Below are positions 55,004 through 63,862 of a DNA stretch of 64,000 nt, in pieces (positions within the stretch are counted from its first letter, which is position 1; each line of letters opens with the position of its first letter). The translations under genes and the position numbers were made by a program. Location of the stretch: assembly GCA_948530865.1 (NCBI GenBank), contig CAOTKV010000006.1, forward strand, positions 13,238 to 77,237, given 5' to 3'. The DNA comes from an uncultured Clostridia bacterium (GTDB lineage: Bacteria > Bacillota > Clostridia > TANB77 > CAG-508). The notes under the pieces are model-generated. The model worked only from the letters and a program-made list of their open reading frames with translations, was not told where the DNA came from and ran no database searches.

Positions 55004-55768
55004 ATGAAAAAAGAATTAAATACTCACAAATCAAAAAGGATTTTTAAAATTATTTTAGTACTCTTAATTGTTACAATTTTATTTCTAATTATAAGGTCAA
55101 CCTACTCGAAATATGTTACAAATGATGTAAAAGATGCAGACTTTAATATATCAAATTGGCATATATTAATTAATAATTTAGATATAAATAATGAAGAACA
55201 AATTAAAAAATTTTCAGAAACATTAAAACTTAATTATGTAAAAAATGAAAATGTTGCAGAAAATGTTATTGTACCAGGTTCTAGTGGATATTTTGATATA
55301 ACCATTGAATCTACTGGAACAGAAATTCCTTTTAAATATGATGTTTCAATTGATAATACAAAATCAGAATTCCAAGATTTCAAAATTTTATCATATTCTA
55401 TTAGTAATGATATAGATTTAACTTCTCCTGATGCAGATAAAATACTTTATGATTCAAAAGAAGATATTAATCCAGAAGAATCTTCTGTAACTGGTATAAT
55501 AGAACCAGCAAATAATGTTACGGATAAGAATATAAATAATATTAGATTCTATGTAAAATGGTATGATGTTGATAGTAATATTGAAAATTATAATGAAATA
55601 GAAAATAAAGATATTTCTGATAACTATGGAGATGTAAAAGTTTCAAAACAAATAACTGAAGGTAAAGAAAAAGCTGAATTTACAGTTCCTGTAAAATTAG
55701 TAGTTACACAAATAACTCATAATGATTTAAATACAAATACAACAAATACTAATACAATAGAACCTTAA
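55004..55768 (+). CDS. Exported protein with an alternate SipW-type signal (STYSKYV box)
   Basis: N-terminus MKKELNTHKSKRIFKIILVLLIVTILFLIIRSTYSKYVTND. This is the same box as in 63172..63849. It is the only plus-strand gene in the cluster. Confidence 0.65.
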   Translation: MKKELNTHKSKRIFKIILVLLIVTILFLIIRSTYSKYVTNDVKDADFNISNWHILINNLDINNEEQIKKFSETLKLNYVKNENVAENVIVPGSSGYFDITIESTGTEIPFKYDVSIDNTKSEFQDFKILSYSISNDIDLTSPDADKILYDSKEDINPEESSVTGIIEPANNVTDKNINNIRFYVKWYDVDSNIENYNEIENKDISDNYGDVKVSKQITEGKEKAEFTVPVKLVVTQITHNDLNTNTTNTNTIEP

Positions 55769-55780
55769 TTTAAAAGTACA

Positions 55781-55817
55781 AAAAAGATTAAAGTTAATAT
55801 TAACTTTAATCTTTTTT
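55781..55817. terminator. Bidirectional terminator between convergent genes
   Basis: AAAAAGATTAAAGTTAATATTAACTTTAATCTTTTTT, a perfect palindromic hairpin. Confidence 0.75.
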
Positions 55818-55824
55818 AGCTCTT

Positions 55825-56655
55825 TTATGGATTTTGGGCTTCTTCACCTTTTTGAATTGCCTCTAATTTTACTGTTATTTTTATACAATAATTAGATCCT
55901 TCTTGACCTTTATTTGCTTCATAATATTCATAAGCTTTTATTCCATAATCTGTATCTTTTTTATCATTATCTAATATTTCTGTTTCTGTTTCTCCTGTTT
56001 CATATGACCATACAACATTAAGTTTTATTCTTATGCTTTCTTCTGGAGCAACTGTTACTTCTTTAACTTCTGTAATATCATTATCTTGTAGTGCTATTTT
56101 AATATCAAATGGATATTCTTTTAGTTTATTTAATATCTCTTCTTCTGTAATAACAGTGCCTTCATATTCGTCACTAATCGCAAATTTTTCATCAAATATT
56201 TGCATTGCAACTATCTTGCAAGAAAGTGTTGCATCCATTTCACCACTATTTTTGGCTGTAATTTCTTGAGTGGCATCTGGCATTCCTGGATATACTTCAT
56301 CTAATATTAAATCAAATTCTTCTTGACTATCATCATTCATAAAGTCGATTTTCCAACTCTTAACATGTACATCAACACCCATTGTTACAGTAGATATATA
56401 TATAAACCATGCATATGTATTAACAATTAAAGTTAATAACAATAAGACTACAGTTCTAACTTTTAGACCATTTCTTAATTTTTTACTTGCTATCTTCCTT
56501 TTTCTCTTTTTCTTTTTGTGTTTTACTGTTTTTTCATCTTTATTTAGAGGTTCATTACATATTAATTCATTATTAACTTCATTTTCAACAGCTTCTAAAA
56601 GAATCAATTCTTCTAATTCTTTATCGAGAGTTATCTCTAAATCTTCGTGACTCAT
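55825..56655 (-). CDS. Exported protein with a TasA-like NTYAWF signal box and a long acidic/basic N-terminal extension
   Basis: ...KKRKRKIASKKLRNGLKVRTVVLLLLTLIVNTYAWFIYISTV. ATG 56655 lies behind GGAAGGAG; the track start is 56670. Confidence 0.6.
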   Translation of the reverse strand: MSHEDLEITLDKELEELILLEAVENEVNNELICNEPLNKDEKTVKHKKKKRKRKIASKKLRNGLKVRTVVLLLLTLIVNTYAWFIYISTVTMGVDVHVKSWKIDFMNDDSQEEFDLILDEVYPGMPDATQEITAKNSGEMDATLSCKIVAMQIFDEKFAISDEYEGTVITEEEILNKLKEYPFDIKIALQDNDITEVKEVTVAPEESIRIKLNVVWSYETGETETEILDNDKKDTDYGIKAYEYYEANKGQEGSNYCIKITVKLEAIQKGEEAQNP

Positions 56656-56694
56656 ATATACTCCTTCCATAACAGAATATTGTATTTTTAATAA

Positions 56695-57309
56695 TTATTG
56701 TTTATCCTCATCATCCTCATCATCTTCATCTTCCTCGTCGTCATCCTCATCGTCTTCATTTCTTCCTAATATTGAATCTTTTAATTGTAAAGATATTAGA
56801 ACTGCAAAAGGAACAAATACTACAATATAAAATGCTGTCATATTATTCATTAACTTAGTTAATAAACTAATAATTACACATTTATATACTACTTTACCAT
56901 AAATTTGATCTCCTGTTATAGTAGGATCTTCTGCTTCATTTGCTATACCTTTTGTGTGAAAAATTTTTCCTTCTTCTGTTTCATCTATTGCAACAATTTG
57001 GTGAGTTACAACTCTTCCATTAAATGTTCCTTGTTTTCCTAAGTAAGTTACATCATCACCAATTTTTAAATTATCAATTTGTTCTTCTTTTACTACTAAA
57101 ACATCACCTACTAAATATTTAGGAACCATACTTTCTGTTGCTACATTAAATACTCTAAATCCTCCAATTGCTTTTTCATTATTTGAAAATCTTTGAAGTG
57201 CTAAAACTGATATTAATAAAATTAGAACAATAGTACAAATAATTTTTATTATTGTAACTATAATATTTAATACACTTTTCTTTTCTTTTACTTCTTTTTC
57301 CTTTTTCAT
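56695..57309 (-). CDS. sipW: SipW-type signal peptidase I with a poly-acidic C-terminal tail
   Basis: Ser box TESMVP, His box VTHQIV, TKGIANEAEDP and a C-terminal TM helix. The tail is NEDDEDDDEEDEDDEDDEDKQ. ATG 57309 lies 1 nt after the upstream TAA. Confidence 0.8.
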   Translation of the reverse strand: MKKEKEVKEKKSVLNIIVTIIKIICTIVLILLISVLALQRFSNNEKAIGGFRVFNVATESMVPKYLVGDVLVVKEEQIDNLKIGDDVTYLGKQGTFNGRVVTHQIVAIDETEEGKIFHTKGIANEAEDPTITGDQIYGKVVYKCVIISLLTKLMNNMTAFYIVVFVPFAVLISLQLKDSILGRNEDDEDDDEEDEDDEDDEDKQ

Positions 57310-57310
57310 G

Positions 57311-58441
57311 TTATCTTTCACTTTCAAATTTATTTATTTTTTGAACATATTTAGCGATATGTTTTTTGAATATTTCTTGAATTTCTTTGTTTGAAGTAGT
57401 TCTTCTATATTTAACAATTCGATATTGCTTACTAACTAAATTTTTCAATTGTTCTTCAGTAAGACTTTCATTAACATCAATAGTTCTTTCAACAACATTT
57501 GCTATTAATTGTTCTAGTAGTTCTTTTTTTCTTTTTCCACTAATTTCAGGATTTTCAACACATTCTAAAATTAAGTAATCAAGTAAAAATGTTTCATCTA
57601 CAAATTTCTTTGCTTTTCCTCTATCTTTATACTTTCTTACTTTAGTTTCATTAGTGTTCTCTTCTGATTTTTTATTCATTTCTGTAATCAAAAAATCCCA
57701 TAATTTAACTGCATATTGGAAATTAACGTTTTTTAACAAAACATTAGTCTTTTTTAGTGGTGGAGTTACTAATGGAACATGAGCACGATCTAACTCTTGA
57801 TAAGTTGCAGTTAATGTTAAATTAATAACATTTTTTTCTAATGCTCTTATTCTTTCTAACTGTCTTTTTAATTCATCAGATTTACCACTAGATTCAGTAC
57901 TTGCAGTAAGCATAATTTGTATATCTATTTTGTTTTTTCCATTATAGGATTTTCCTTGATAATCAATTTTCTTGAATTCTTTATCTTTAGATTTATCTTT
58001 TGCCAGCTTATCTTTTTCTTTTTTTATAATTATTAGCATTTTTTGTACTAATGTATAGATAAATCTATTTTCGTATGTATTAAATGTTTCTTCTTTAAAA
58101 ACGTTTAATAACTTTCCTGGTTTTACCTCACCATTTTCATCAACATCATCTATAAAAGAAGAATTTTTTGCTAAATTCTTTATACTTTCAACTGTAACCT
58201 TTTTTATTTTTTCTATTTTTACAACTTCTTCTTCATTTACAATTAACTTTGTTGGATTTCTTAAAATATTATCTAAATATTCTACTGTATCCTCCATTTT
58301 TTGAACCCAAAGAAATTGAGATTTAGGTCTATTAGTTTCAATATTAACATCCATTTTAGAAGTTAAACGTTCATTAAATTTTTTTACATCACTATTATCT
58401 GCATCAGCATATAATTCAAAAACATTTAATAATTTATCCAC
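57311..58441 (-). CDS. Hypothetical partner of the McrB-like AAA+ protein (McrC-position protein; no nuclease motif seen)
   Basis: 376 aa, soluble, 18 nt downstream of the AAA+ gene. It contains TYENRFIYTLV and KKTNVLLKNVNFQYAVKLW segments. I could not find a PD-(D/E)xK motif by eye. Confidence 0.45.
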   Translation of the reverse strand: MDKLLNVFELYADADNSDVKKFNERLTSKMDVNIETNRPKSQFLWVQKMEDTVEYLDNILRNPTKLIVNEEEVVKIEKIKKVTVESIKNLAKNSSFIDDVDENGEVKPGKLLNVFKEETFNTYENRFIYTLVQKMLIIIKKEKDKLAKDKSKDKEFKKIDYQGKSYNGKNKIDIQIMLTASTESSGKSDELKRQLERIRALEKNVINLTLTATYQELDRAHVPLVTPPLKKTNVLLKNVNFQYAVKLWDFLITEMNKKSEENTNETKVRKYKDRGKAKKFVDETFLLDYLILECVENPEISGKRKKELLEQLIANVVERTIDVNESLTEEQLKNLVSKQYRIVKYRRTTSNKEIQEIFKKHIAKYVQKINKFESER

Positions 58442-58459
58442 TGTACCCTCCTAGAATAA

Positions 58460-59995
58460 CTATCCTAATTTCTTTAGTCTTAATACATATTCTATACATT
58501 CTTTCATTTTGCCTTTACCAAAAGTTTTATCTAAGAATGTAACAAATCCATCTATTTCATCTTTTATATAAGCAATATTTAATTGCTCAAATTTTCTTAA
58601 AACTTTTTTTGCCATGAAGTAATCTATACCTTCAACTTCATCTCCACCACATGCAACGTATGCTGCAACGAATTTTCCTAAGTGTGTAACAATACGGTTA
58701 CCAAAAGCAACTCTAAAGTGTTTGATAACATAATCATCCATTTCATTTATTTTCTTCCAAAGATCATCAGAAACTGGGTGTTCTGCTTTTGCTTTTTCAA
58801 ATAAAGAATCTAAATATGTAAAGTTAACATCCATCGGTGGTGTATCTTCTGCTTCAAATGCTTGTCCTTTTTCATTTATATCAATAGGCATTGCTCTATC
58901 GTAAACTTTATCTGTTACCATAAATGTTGAATCATCATTATTGATTGTTCCAATATACCAAGTATTTGCTGGTATTTTAATTCTTCCACCTATAATATGT
59001 TTTGGATCATTTTCCCATGGACTAGAAACAACTTCAATAATCCATTCATCTCTATTTGGCATTTCCAAAATAGAAAGCATTTCAGCAAAATAGTATTCAA
59101 CACGAGCCAAGTTCATTTCGTCTAATATTACAGTATATACATCATCAGTATATGAAGCTATATATAATTGTTCTAATAATTGTGTTTCATTAAACTTTTT
59201 AGTAAATTCATTAAAATATCCAAAAAGTTCTGTTCTATCTCTCCATGAAGGTTGTACTGATACAACACATGAATCATGTTTTAAGAATTTTCCCCAAGCA
59301 TAAGCAAGTGATGTTTTACCAGTACCAGAGATACCTTGTAATATAACTAATTTTGTTGATGCAAGACCAGCTATAAATGTACGAATCATTGGTAATGTAT
59401 AATATAAATGTAATCTTGAAGCAGCAAAATTTCTAAATGTATTACATAATTCTTCTAATTCAAAATCATTATTATAGTTTTGAACTTTATATTTTGCAAA
59501 TTTTTTATCAATAATTGTTAATCTTGTAAATCTTACTCCATCTGCATTTTCAATTTCTTCTTTATTTTCACCATTTGCTTGGCTAATATCCATTTCTGAT
59601 GCTTCGTCTGGGCTTAAACCTAATTGAGAAACTTTCATTGCTAAAATCTCTTCTCTTTCTTTAGTCATTTTAGCAACTCTTTTATTTAAATCTGCAACTT
59701 CTTTTACCATACTTTCTTGTTCTACAAGTGTTTTTCTAAATCTAATATATTTTCTTAATATTAGAAAAACTAAAAGAACAGATAATATTAAAATAATTGC
59801 AACTGCAGCTATAGCAATTGCTACAAGAATCCATTCTTGTCCTGAAAAATCATTCTTATATTCCTTTATTAAGTGAATATAATTTGGAATATCAAAAACT
59901 TGTCTAATTCCATTAATTATTCCAAACACAATTGTTTTTACTCCTGCAAAAAATTCATTTAAAAATTCATATAAGAATCTTACATAAGTGTCCAT
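58460..59995 (-). CDS. Membrane-anchored McrB-like (AAA_5 type) AAA+ NTPase
   Basis: TM helix WILVAIAIAAVAIILILSVLLVFLIL followed by a coiled coil. Walker A: LQGISGTGKTS. Then SVQPSWRDRTELFGYFN. Walker B plus the McrB-like box: VILDEMNLARVEYYFAEMLSILE. Also IGTINNDDST. Confidence 0.75.
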   Translation of the reverse strand: MDTYVRFLYEFLNEFFAGVKTIVFGIINGIRQVFDIPNYIHLIKEYKNDFSGQEWILVAIAIAAVAIILILSVLLVFLILRKYIRFRKTLVEQESMVKEVADLNKRVAKMTKEREEILAMKVSQLGLSPDEASEMDISQANGENKEEIENADGVRFTRLTIIDKKFAKYKVQNYNNDFELEELCNTFRNFAASRLHLYYTLPMIRTFIAGLASTKLVILQGISGTGKTSLAYAWGKFLKHDSCVVSVQPSWRDRTELFGYFNEFTKKFNETQLLEQLYIASYTDDVYTVILDEMNLARVEYYFAEMLSILEMPNRDEWIIEVVSSPWENDPKHIIGGRIKIPANTWYIGTINNDDSTFMVTDKVYDRAMPIDINEKGQAFEAEDTPPMDVNFTYLDSLFEKAKAEHPVSDDLWKKINEMDDYVIKHFRVAFGNRIVTHLGKFVAAYVACGGDEVEGIDYFMAKKVLRKFEQLNIAYIKDEIDGFVTFLDKTFGKGKMKECIEYVLRLKKLG

Positions 59996-60013
59996 TACAT
60001 TTCCTCCATATTT

Positions 60014-61012
60014 TTAAACTTCTAATGTTCGTAATTTTTTATATTTCTTTTTATTTATATCATATGTATCTACTATTATGCAATTAAAAATATTTAATAT
60101 CTTTAATTCATCTTCTGTAAGTTTAGGCATATCTTTTTCTGTTCTTAAACAGAAAGTAAAACCACGTTTAGTAAGTTCATAAACACTATCTTTGTTATCA
60201 CAGAAATTATTATAATTAATTTCAAAAGATATTTTATCTTGACTTGCTTGACAGTTTAAAATTGTTAACAATTGTTCAAGTTTTTTCTTTTTAGCAAATA
60301 AATCTGTTGAAAAATCTATAACATAAGTTTTTGTGAAATTCCCATCTAATATATCTTTAAGCGCTTTTATAGCAATCATTGGATATTCAACAAATAATTT
60401 ATCTTCATTAACTATATCTTCATTAAATGTATCTTCAATTGCATCTTTGCTAAACACATCTGGAAATGCAAAATTATATTTAAGTTTGGCTCTATAAAAA
60501 GTATTATCTGATGAAACAATTTTATTTATTTCCAATTCAAACTCATCCGAATTATATCCATTCAAAAGTTCATTTACTTCATTCATATCTGTTTCTACTA
60601 TTTTAGTAAATGTATTTTCAAAGTCATCATCTTCAGCTGATTTCAAATTAAATTTATTAACTCGCTTTTCAGCAATTTTTTTAACAACTTCAGATATTTC
60701 TATATTTTTTCTTACAAAATCGAAATAGAAAAAGTATTGAAATAACATTAATGTATTTTCTACATTTTCCTCATTTGCTTTTTCTTTTTTAACTAGATTA
60801 TTTGCTCTTATTTTTAATGCTTCATATATTCTTCTGTAAAATACTCTTATCTTTTCATCTACTCCAAAATTATAATATCTAGCATCTATATAAGTTTGAA
60901 TTAATTCTTCACAAACATTTCTATCATATTTACTTTTTAAAATTATACTGCAATATCTTTTTAATCTTTTTTGAGTTTTACTTATATGATTTTCTATAAT
61001 ATTATTCATCAT
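60014..61012 (-). CDS. Hypothetical cytoplasmic protein; the C-terminal half is faintly EAL-like but lacks catalytic residues
   Basis: 332 aa. The pattern YVIDFSTDLF...ISFEINYNNF...LTKRGFTFCLRT...LNIFNCIIVD mirrors the EAL strand order (NlS / EitE / G..ialDDFG / KiD), but with the catalytic positions replaced. Confidence 0.3.
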   Translation of the reverse strand: MMNNIIENHISKTQKRLKRYCSIILKSKYDRNVCEELIQTYIDARYYNFGVDEKIRVFYRRIYEALKIRANNLVKKEKANEENVENTLMLFQYFFYFDFVRKNIEISEVVKKIAEKRVNKFNLKSAEDDDFENTFTKIVETDMNEVNELLNGYNSDEFELEINKIVSSDNTFYRAKLKYNFAFPDVFSKDAIEDTFNEDIVNEDKLFVEYPMIAIKALKDILDGNFTKTYVIDFSTDLFAKKKKLEQLLTILNCQASQDKISFEINYNNFCDNKDSVYELTKRGFTFCLRTEKDMPKLTEDELKILNIFNCIIVDTYDINKKKYKKLRTLEV

Positions 61013-62030
61013 TATCTCCCTTTTTCGTTTGTTCTAATACAGTTGTTCCTGAAAGAACTCTTAGCGTATTTTCATCTGGAATTGAATAATCTTTTGTTAC
61101 ATCTTTTTTATAAAATTTTATAAATTCACTATCAGATTGTGCAACTTTAACTTTAATTTTATTTATATATTCATATGAAGGTCTTGGACCAATTTGTATT
61201 GTTTCAACTTCTGTATAATTATTGGCTGTATTATCTAAAACAATAATATTGGGATCAAATTGTATTTCAAGTTCTGCTTCTGCTTTATCAGAATCATTTG
61301 TTAATATAACATTTAAATATGGACTATTTGCACTATCTTCAACTTGATATGTTATTCCATCTTTTCCTGCATAAATATATAAATTTCCATATAAAGTTTC
61401 TGTATACGGTGAAATTGCATCTGCTCTAATTTTTATATGTACATATTCACCTTCTTTAAAATCACTGTTTTTTGGAGTTATATTCATAGTAAATTCATCT
61501 ACATTATCATTAGATATTAATCTTGTTGTTTTTCCACTTAAAATTGGATCTATTTGTAAGTCTATATAAGCACTTCCTAAAGAAAATGTATTTAATTGCT
61601 CTTCTGTCATTTCATTTGGACTTTGCTCTACACAAGATAATGCAGTATCTGTAACATTTTTATATTTGAAAACTTCAACATCAAATTTTAATTCATACTC
61701 TATATCTACTTTTGATTTTTTTAAAGTATTTTTTCTACTATACATTTCAATTGTTGCAATATTAGTTTTTGTTCCTCTACTACCTGACCAATTCTTTATT
61801 TCAAATCTTGTATTTTCATTTTTGGCTAATATGTTACTTGTAAAGTAGAATTCTTTTGAATTCAAATATGCAGTCCTAATAGCTGAATAAACAAACTTCG
61901 ATAAAGAAACTGTTGCTGGAAAAATAACTTTAACACTCATCAATATTATTATGATAGCGATTATAAATAGCATTATTAATCTTTTATAACCACTATTTTT
62001 TCTTCTTGTTTTTCCTCTACCTTCTTTCAA
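61002..62030 (-). CDS. Exported/membrane-anchored beta-rich protein of the SipW cluster
   Basis: N-terminus ...YKRLIMLFIIAIIIILMSVKVIFPATVSLSKFVYS, 342 aa. Overlaps the next gene by 11 nt. Confidence 0.55.
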   Translation of the reverse strand: MKEGRGKTRRKNSGYKRLIMLFIIAIIIILMSVKVIFPATVSLSKFVYSAIRTAYLNSKEFYFTSNILAKNENTRFEIKNWSGSRGTKTNIATIEMYSRKNTLKKSKVDIEYELKFDVEVFKYKNVTDTALSCVEQSPNEMTEEQLNTFSLGSAYIDLQIDPILSGKTTRLISNDNVDEFTMNITPKNSDFKEGEYVHIKIRADAISPYTETLYGNLYIYAGKDGITYQVEDSANSPYLNVILTNDSDKAEAELEIQFDPNIIVLDNTANNYTEVETIQIGPRPSYEYINKIKVKVAQSDSEFIKFYKKDVTKDYSIPDENTLRVLSGTTVLEQTKKGDNDE

Positions 62031-62047
62031 TTAAACCATCCTTTATA

Positions 62048-62653
62048 TTATCTATAAATTTGTCTTGCATCAATTTTTACTTCAATACAATCTATTATAT
62101 TTTGGTATTCAGATTTTTTGTATTCTTCTCCTTCTGGATAAGAAATTTTCAATGTATATGTTCTAGTTTGATCTTTAGTTCTATCTAACTTATGAGCAAC
62201 TTCTTCATATATACATTTGAAATATGTATTATATTCATCTTGTTTTATATTATTACGTATATTATTTTCTTTGCTATCATCAACATAAAGTTCATATTTT
62301 AATGGTAAATTTGTAGTTGTTCTTAATTCTAAGTCGTATTCTATATTAGTATCTGCACGATACTTTTCACCATCTACCATTTTAAAATTAGAAACTGTTA
62401 TTTTATATTCTTTAGGTTCTTTATCATCTGGTCCAATTTCACCTATATTAATTGTTTCAGCATCATAAGTGTCATCAATACAGAAGAATGCGACATCAAC
62501 ATCAGCAGTCGAATTTGCTTCTGATTCGAACAATGAATATGAGTCAAATAGTATTCTGTAAAGTGTAATTAATATAAAAAGGCAGATTAAGCATTTTATT
62601 CTGCGCTTTATTCTTACTATTCTCCTTTTTCTTCGGTATCTTCCTCTAACCAT
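62048..62653 (-). CDS. Exported protein of the SipW cluster (Arg-rich n-region, DSYSLFES box)
   Basis: N-terminus MVRGRYRRKRRIVRIKRRIKCLICLFILITLYRILFDSYSLFESEAN, 201 aa. Confidence 0.55.
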   Translation of the reverse strand: MVRGRYRRKRRIVRIKRRIKCLICLFILITLYRILFDSYSLFESEANSTADVDVAFFCIDDTYDAETINIGEIGPDDKEPKEYKITVSNFKMVDGEKYRADTNIEYDLELRTTTNLPLKYELYVDDSKENNIRNNIKQDEYNTYFKCIYEEVAHKLDRTKDQTRTYTLKISYPEGEEYKKSEYQNIIDCIEVKIDARQIYR

Positions 62654-62675
62654 AATATTCCTTTCAAATTTATCC

Positions 62676-63179
62676 TTATTGTACTTCTTTATTTTTTGGT
62701 TTTATTCCAAAAATAATTCTTATTGTAATTATAGAAAAAATTATTGCAATAAGAACTTGTGGAGTTTTTAATACTTTTATCCAAGTTCCAACATTATTAA
62801 ATATGTATACAACCTTTCCAACAACATCATTCGAAGTTATTGGAGAATCTTTTGATGTATTTGCATCTCCTTTAGTTATTAAATTATCTTCTGTTTTTTC
62901 TATTACTCTATGTGTTATAAAATCTTTTCCACTTTTATATGTAATAATATCATTTACATTTACATCTTTCGTAAGCTTAACTATTACAATATCTTGTGGT
63001 TTTATTGTACTTTCCATACTACCTGTTATAACTCTAAAAATTGTATAACCGCAAAATTCTATATGATCTTTATGAAATACTTTTAATTGTGCATAACAAT
63101 ATGAAACAATTATTAGAATTATTATCAATATAATCATTAAAAAATCAATTTTTTCAAACCATTTTTTCATTTTACTCAC
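62676..63179 (-). CDS. sipW: SipW-type signal peptidase I
   Basis: Ser box TGSMEST, His box ITHRVI, TKGDANTSKD and a C-terminal TM helix. Overlaps the upstream gene by 8 nt. Confidence 0.85.
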   Translation of the reverse strand: MSKMKKWFEKIDFLMIILIIILIIVSYCYAQLKVFHKDHIEFCGYTIFRVITGSMESTIKPQDIVIVKLTKDVNVNDIITYKSGKDFITHRVIEKTEDNLITKGDANTSKDSPITSNDVVGKVVYIFNNVGTWIKVLKTPQVLIAIIFSIITIRIIFGIKPKNKEVQ

Positions 63180-63849
63180 CTGTATACTGAATTGCTTTAA
63201 CAGTAACTGGAATTTCTAAATCATTTTCTCTAAAAGCATTCATTCCAAGTATTGTATCCATTTCATTAATTTTATCATATGGACTATCACTATTTCCAAA
63301 TGGCCAATTAATTTTTACTGTAACATTATCTATACATTTTGCTTCATCTTTAATTTCTGATAATGGCTTTATTCTATTAATAGTAACTATATCATTTTCT
63401 TCATCTAGTTTATATTCTAGTGTTTTTCCATCTGCCAAATATACATCTTCTAATTTTAAGTTAGTTTCTTTTAAGCTTTTTAAATCTAATTTTATTTCAT
63501 ATTTAAAAGATGTATCAGTTTGTGCTGGATCTATTTTTATATAAAATTCACCATTCATTCCTGGTGCTGCTTTATTTTTTTCAAGATTACTACCATATAT
63601 ATTTTTGTCATCTTTCCAAATAAAATCATTTTTAGTTATTTGGAATTGTACACTTCTTACTTGTTCTTCGCCTTCGATTTCTGGTAGTACTGTTATATCT
63701 GTTTCATTAACTTTTATAATCCATTGTCCTATTGTTGCTTGAACATCTCCTTCTGCCTCGCCAACATATTTTGAATATGTTGATTTCAATATAAAAATTA
63801 ATAAAATTAGTATTAATATAATTATTAGAAATTTAACTTTTTTCTTCAC
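63172..63849 (-). CDS. Exported protein with an alternate SipW-type signal (STYSKYV box)
   Basis: N-terminus MKKKVKFLIIILILILLIFILKSTYSKYVGEAEG. GTG start behind an AGGTGAG SD. Confidence 0.65.
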   Translation of the reverse strand: MKKKVKFLIIILILILLIFILKSTYSKYVGEAEGDVQATIGQWIIKVNETDITVLPEIEGEEQVRSVQFQITKNDFIWKDDKNIYGSNLEKNKAAPGMNGEFYIKIDPAQTDTSFKYEIKLDLKSLKETNLKLEDVYLADGKTLEYKLDEENDIVTINRIKPLSEIKDEAKCIDNVTVKINWPFGNSDSPYDKINEMDTILGMNAFRENDLEIPVTVKAIQYTGE

Positions 63850-63862
63850 TATAATTTCTCAC

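Noticed and set aside
57311-59995. A classical McrBC 5-methylcytosine restriction system.
   Set aside because: The McrB-like protein has a TM helix and a coiled coil instead of a DNA-binding N-domain. The partner shows no PD-(D/E)xK nuclease motif by eye. The pair is also translationally packed inside a SipW/TasA-like operon. A variant defence role is left open in the findings.
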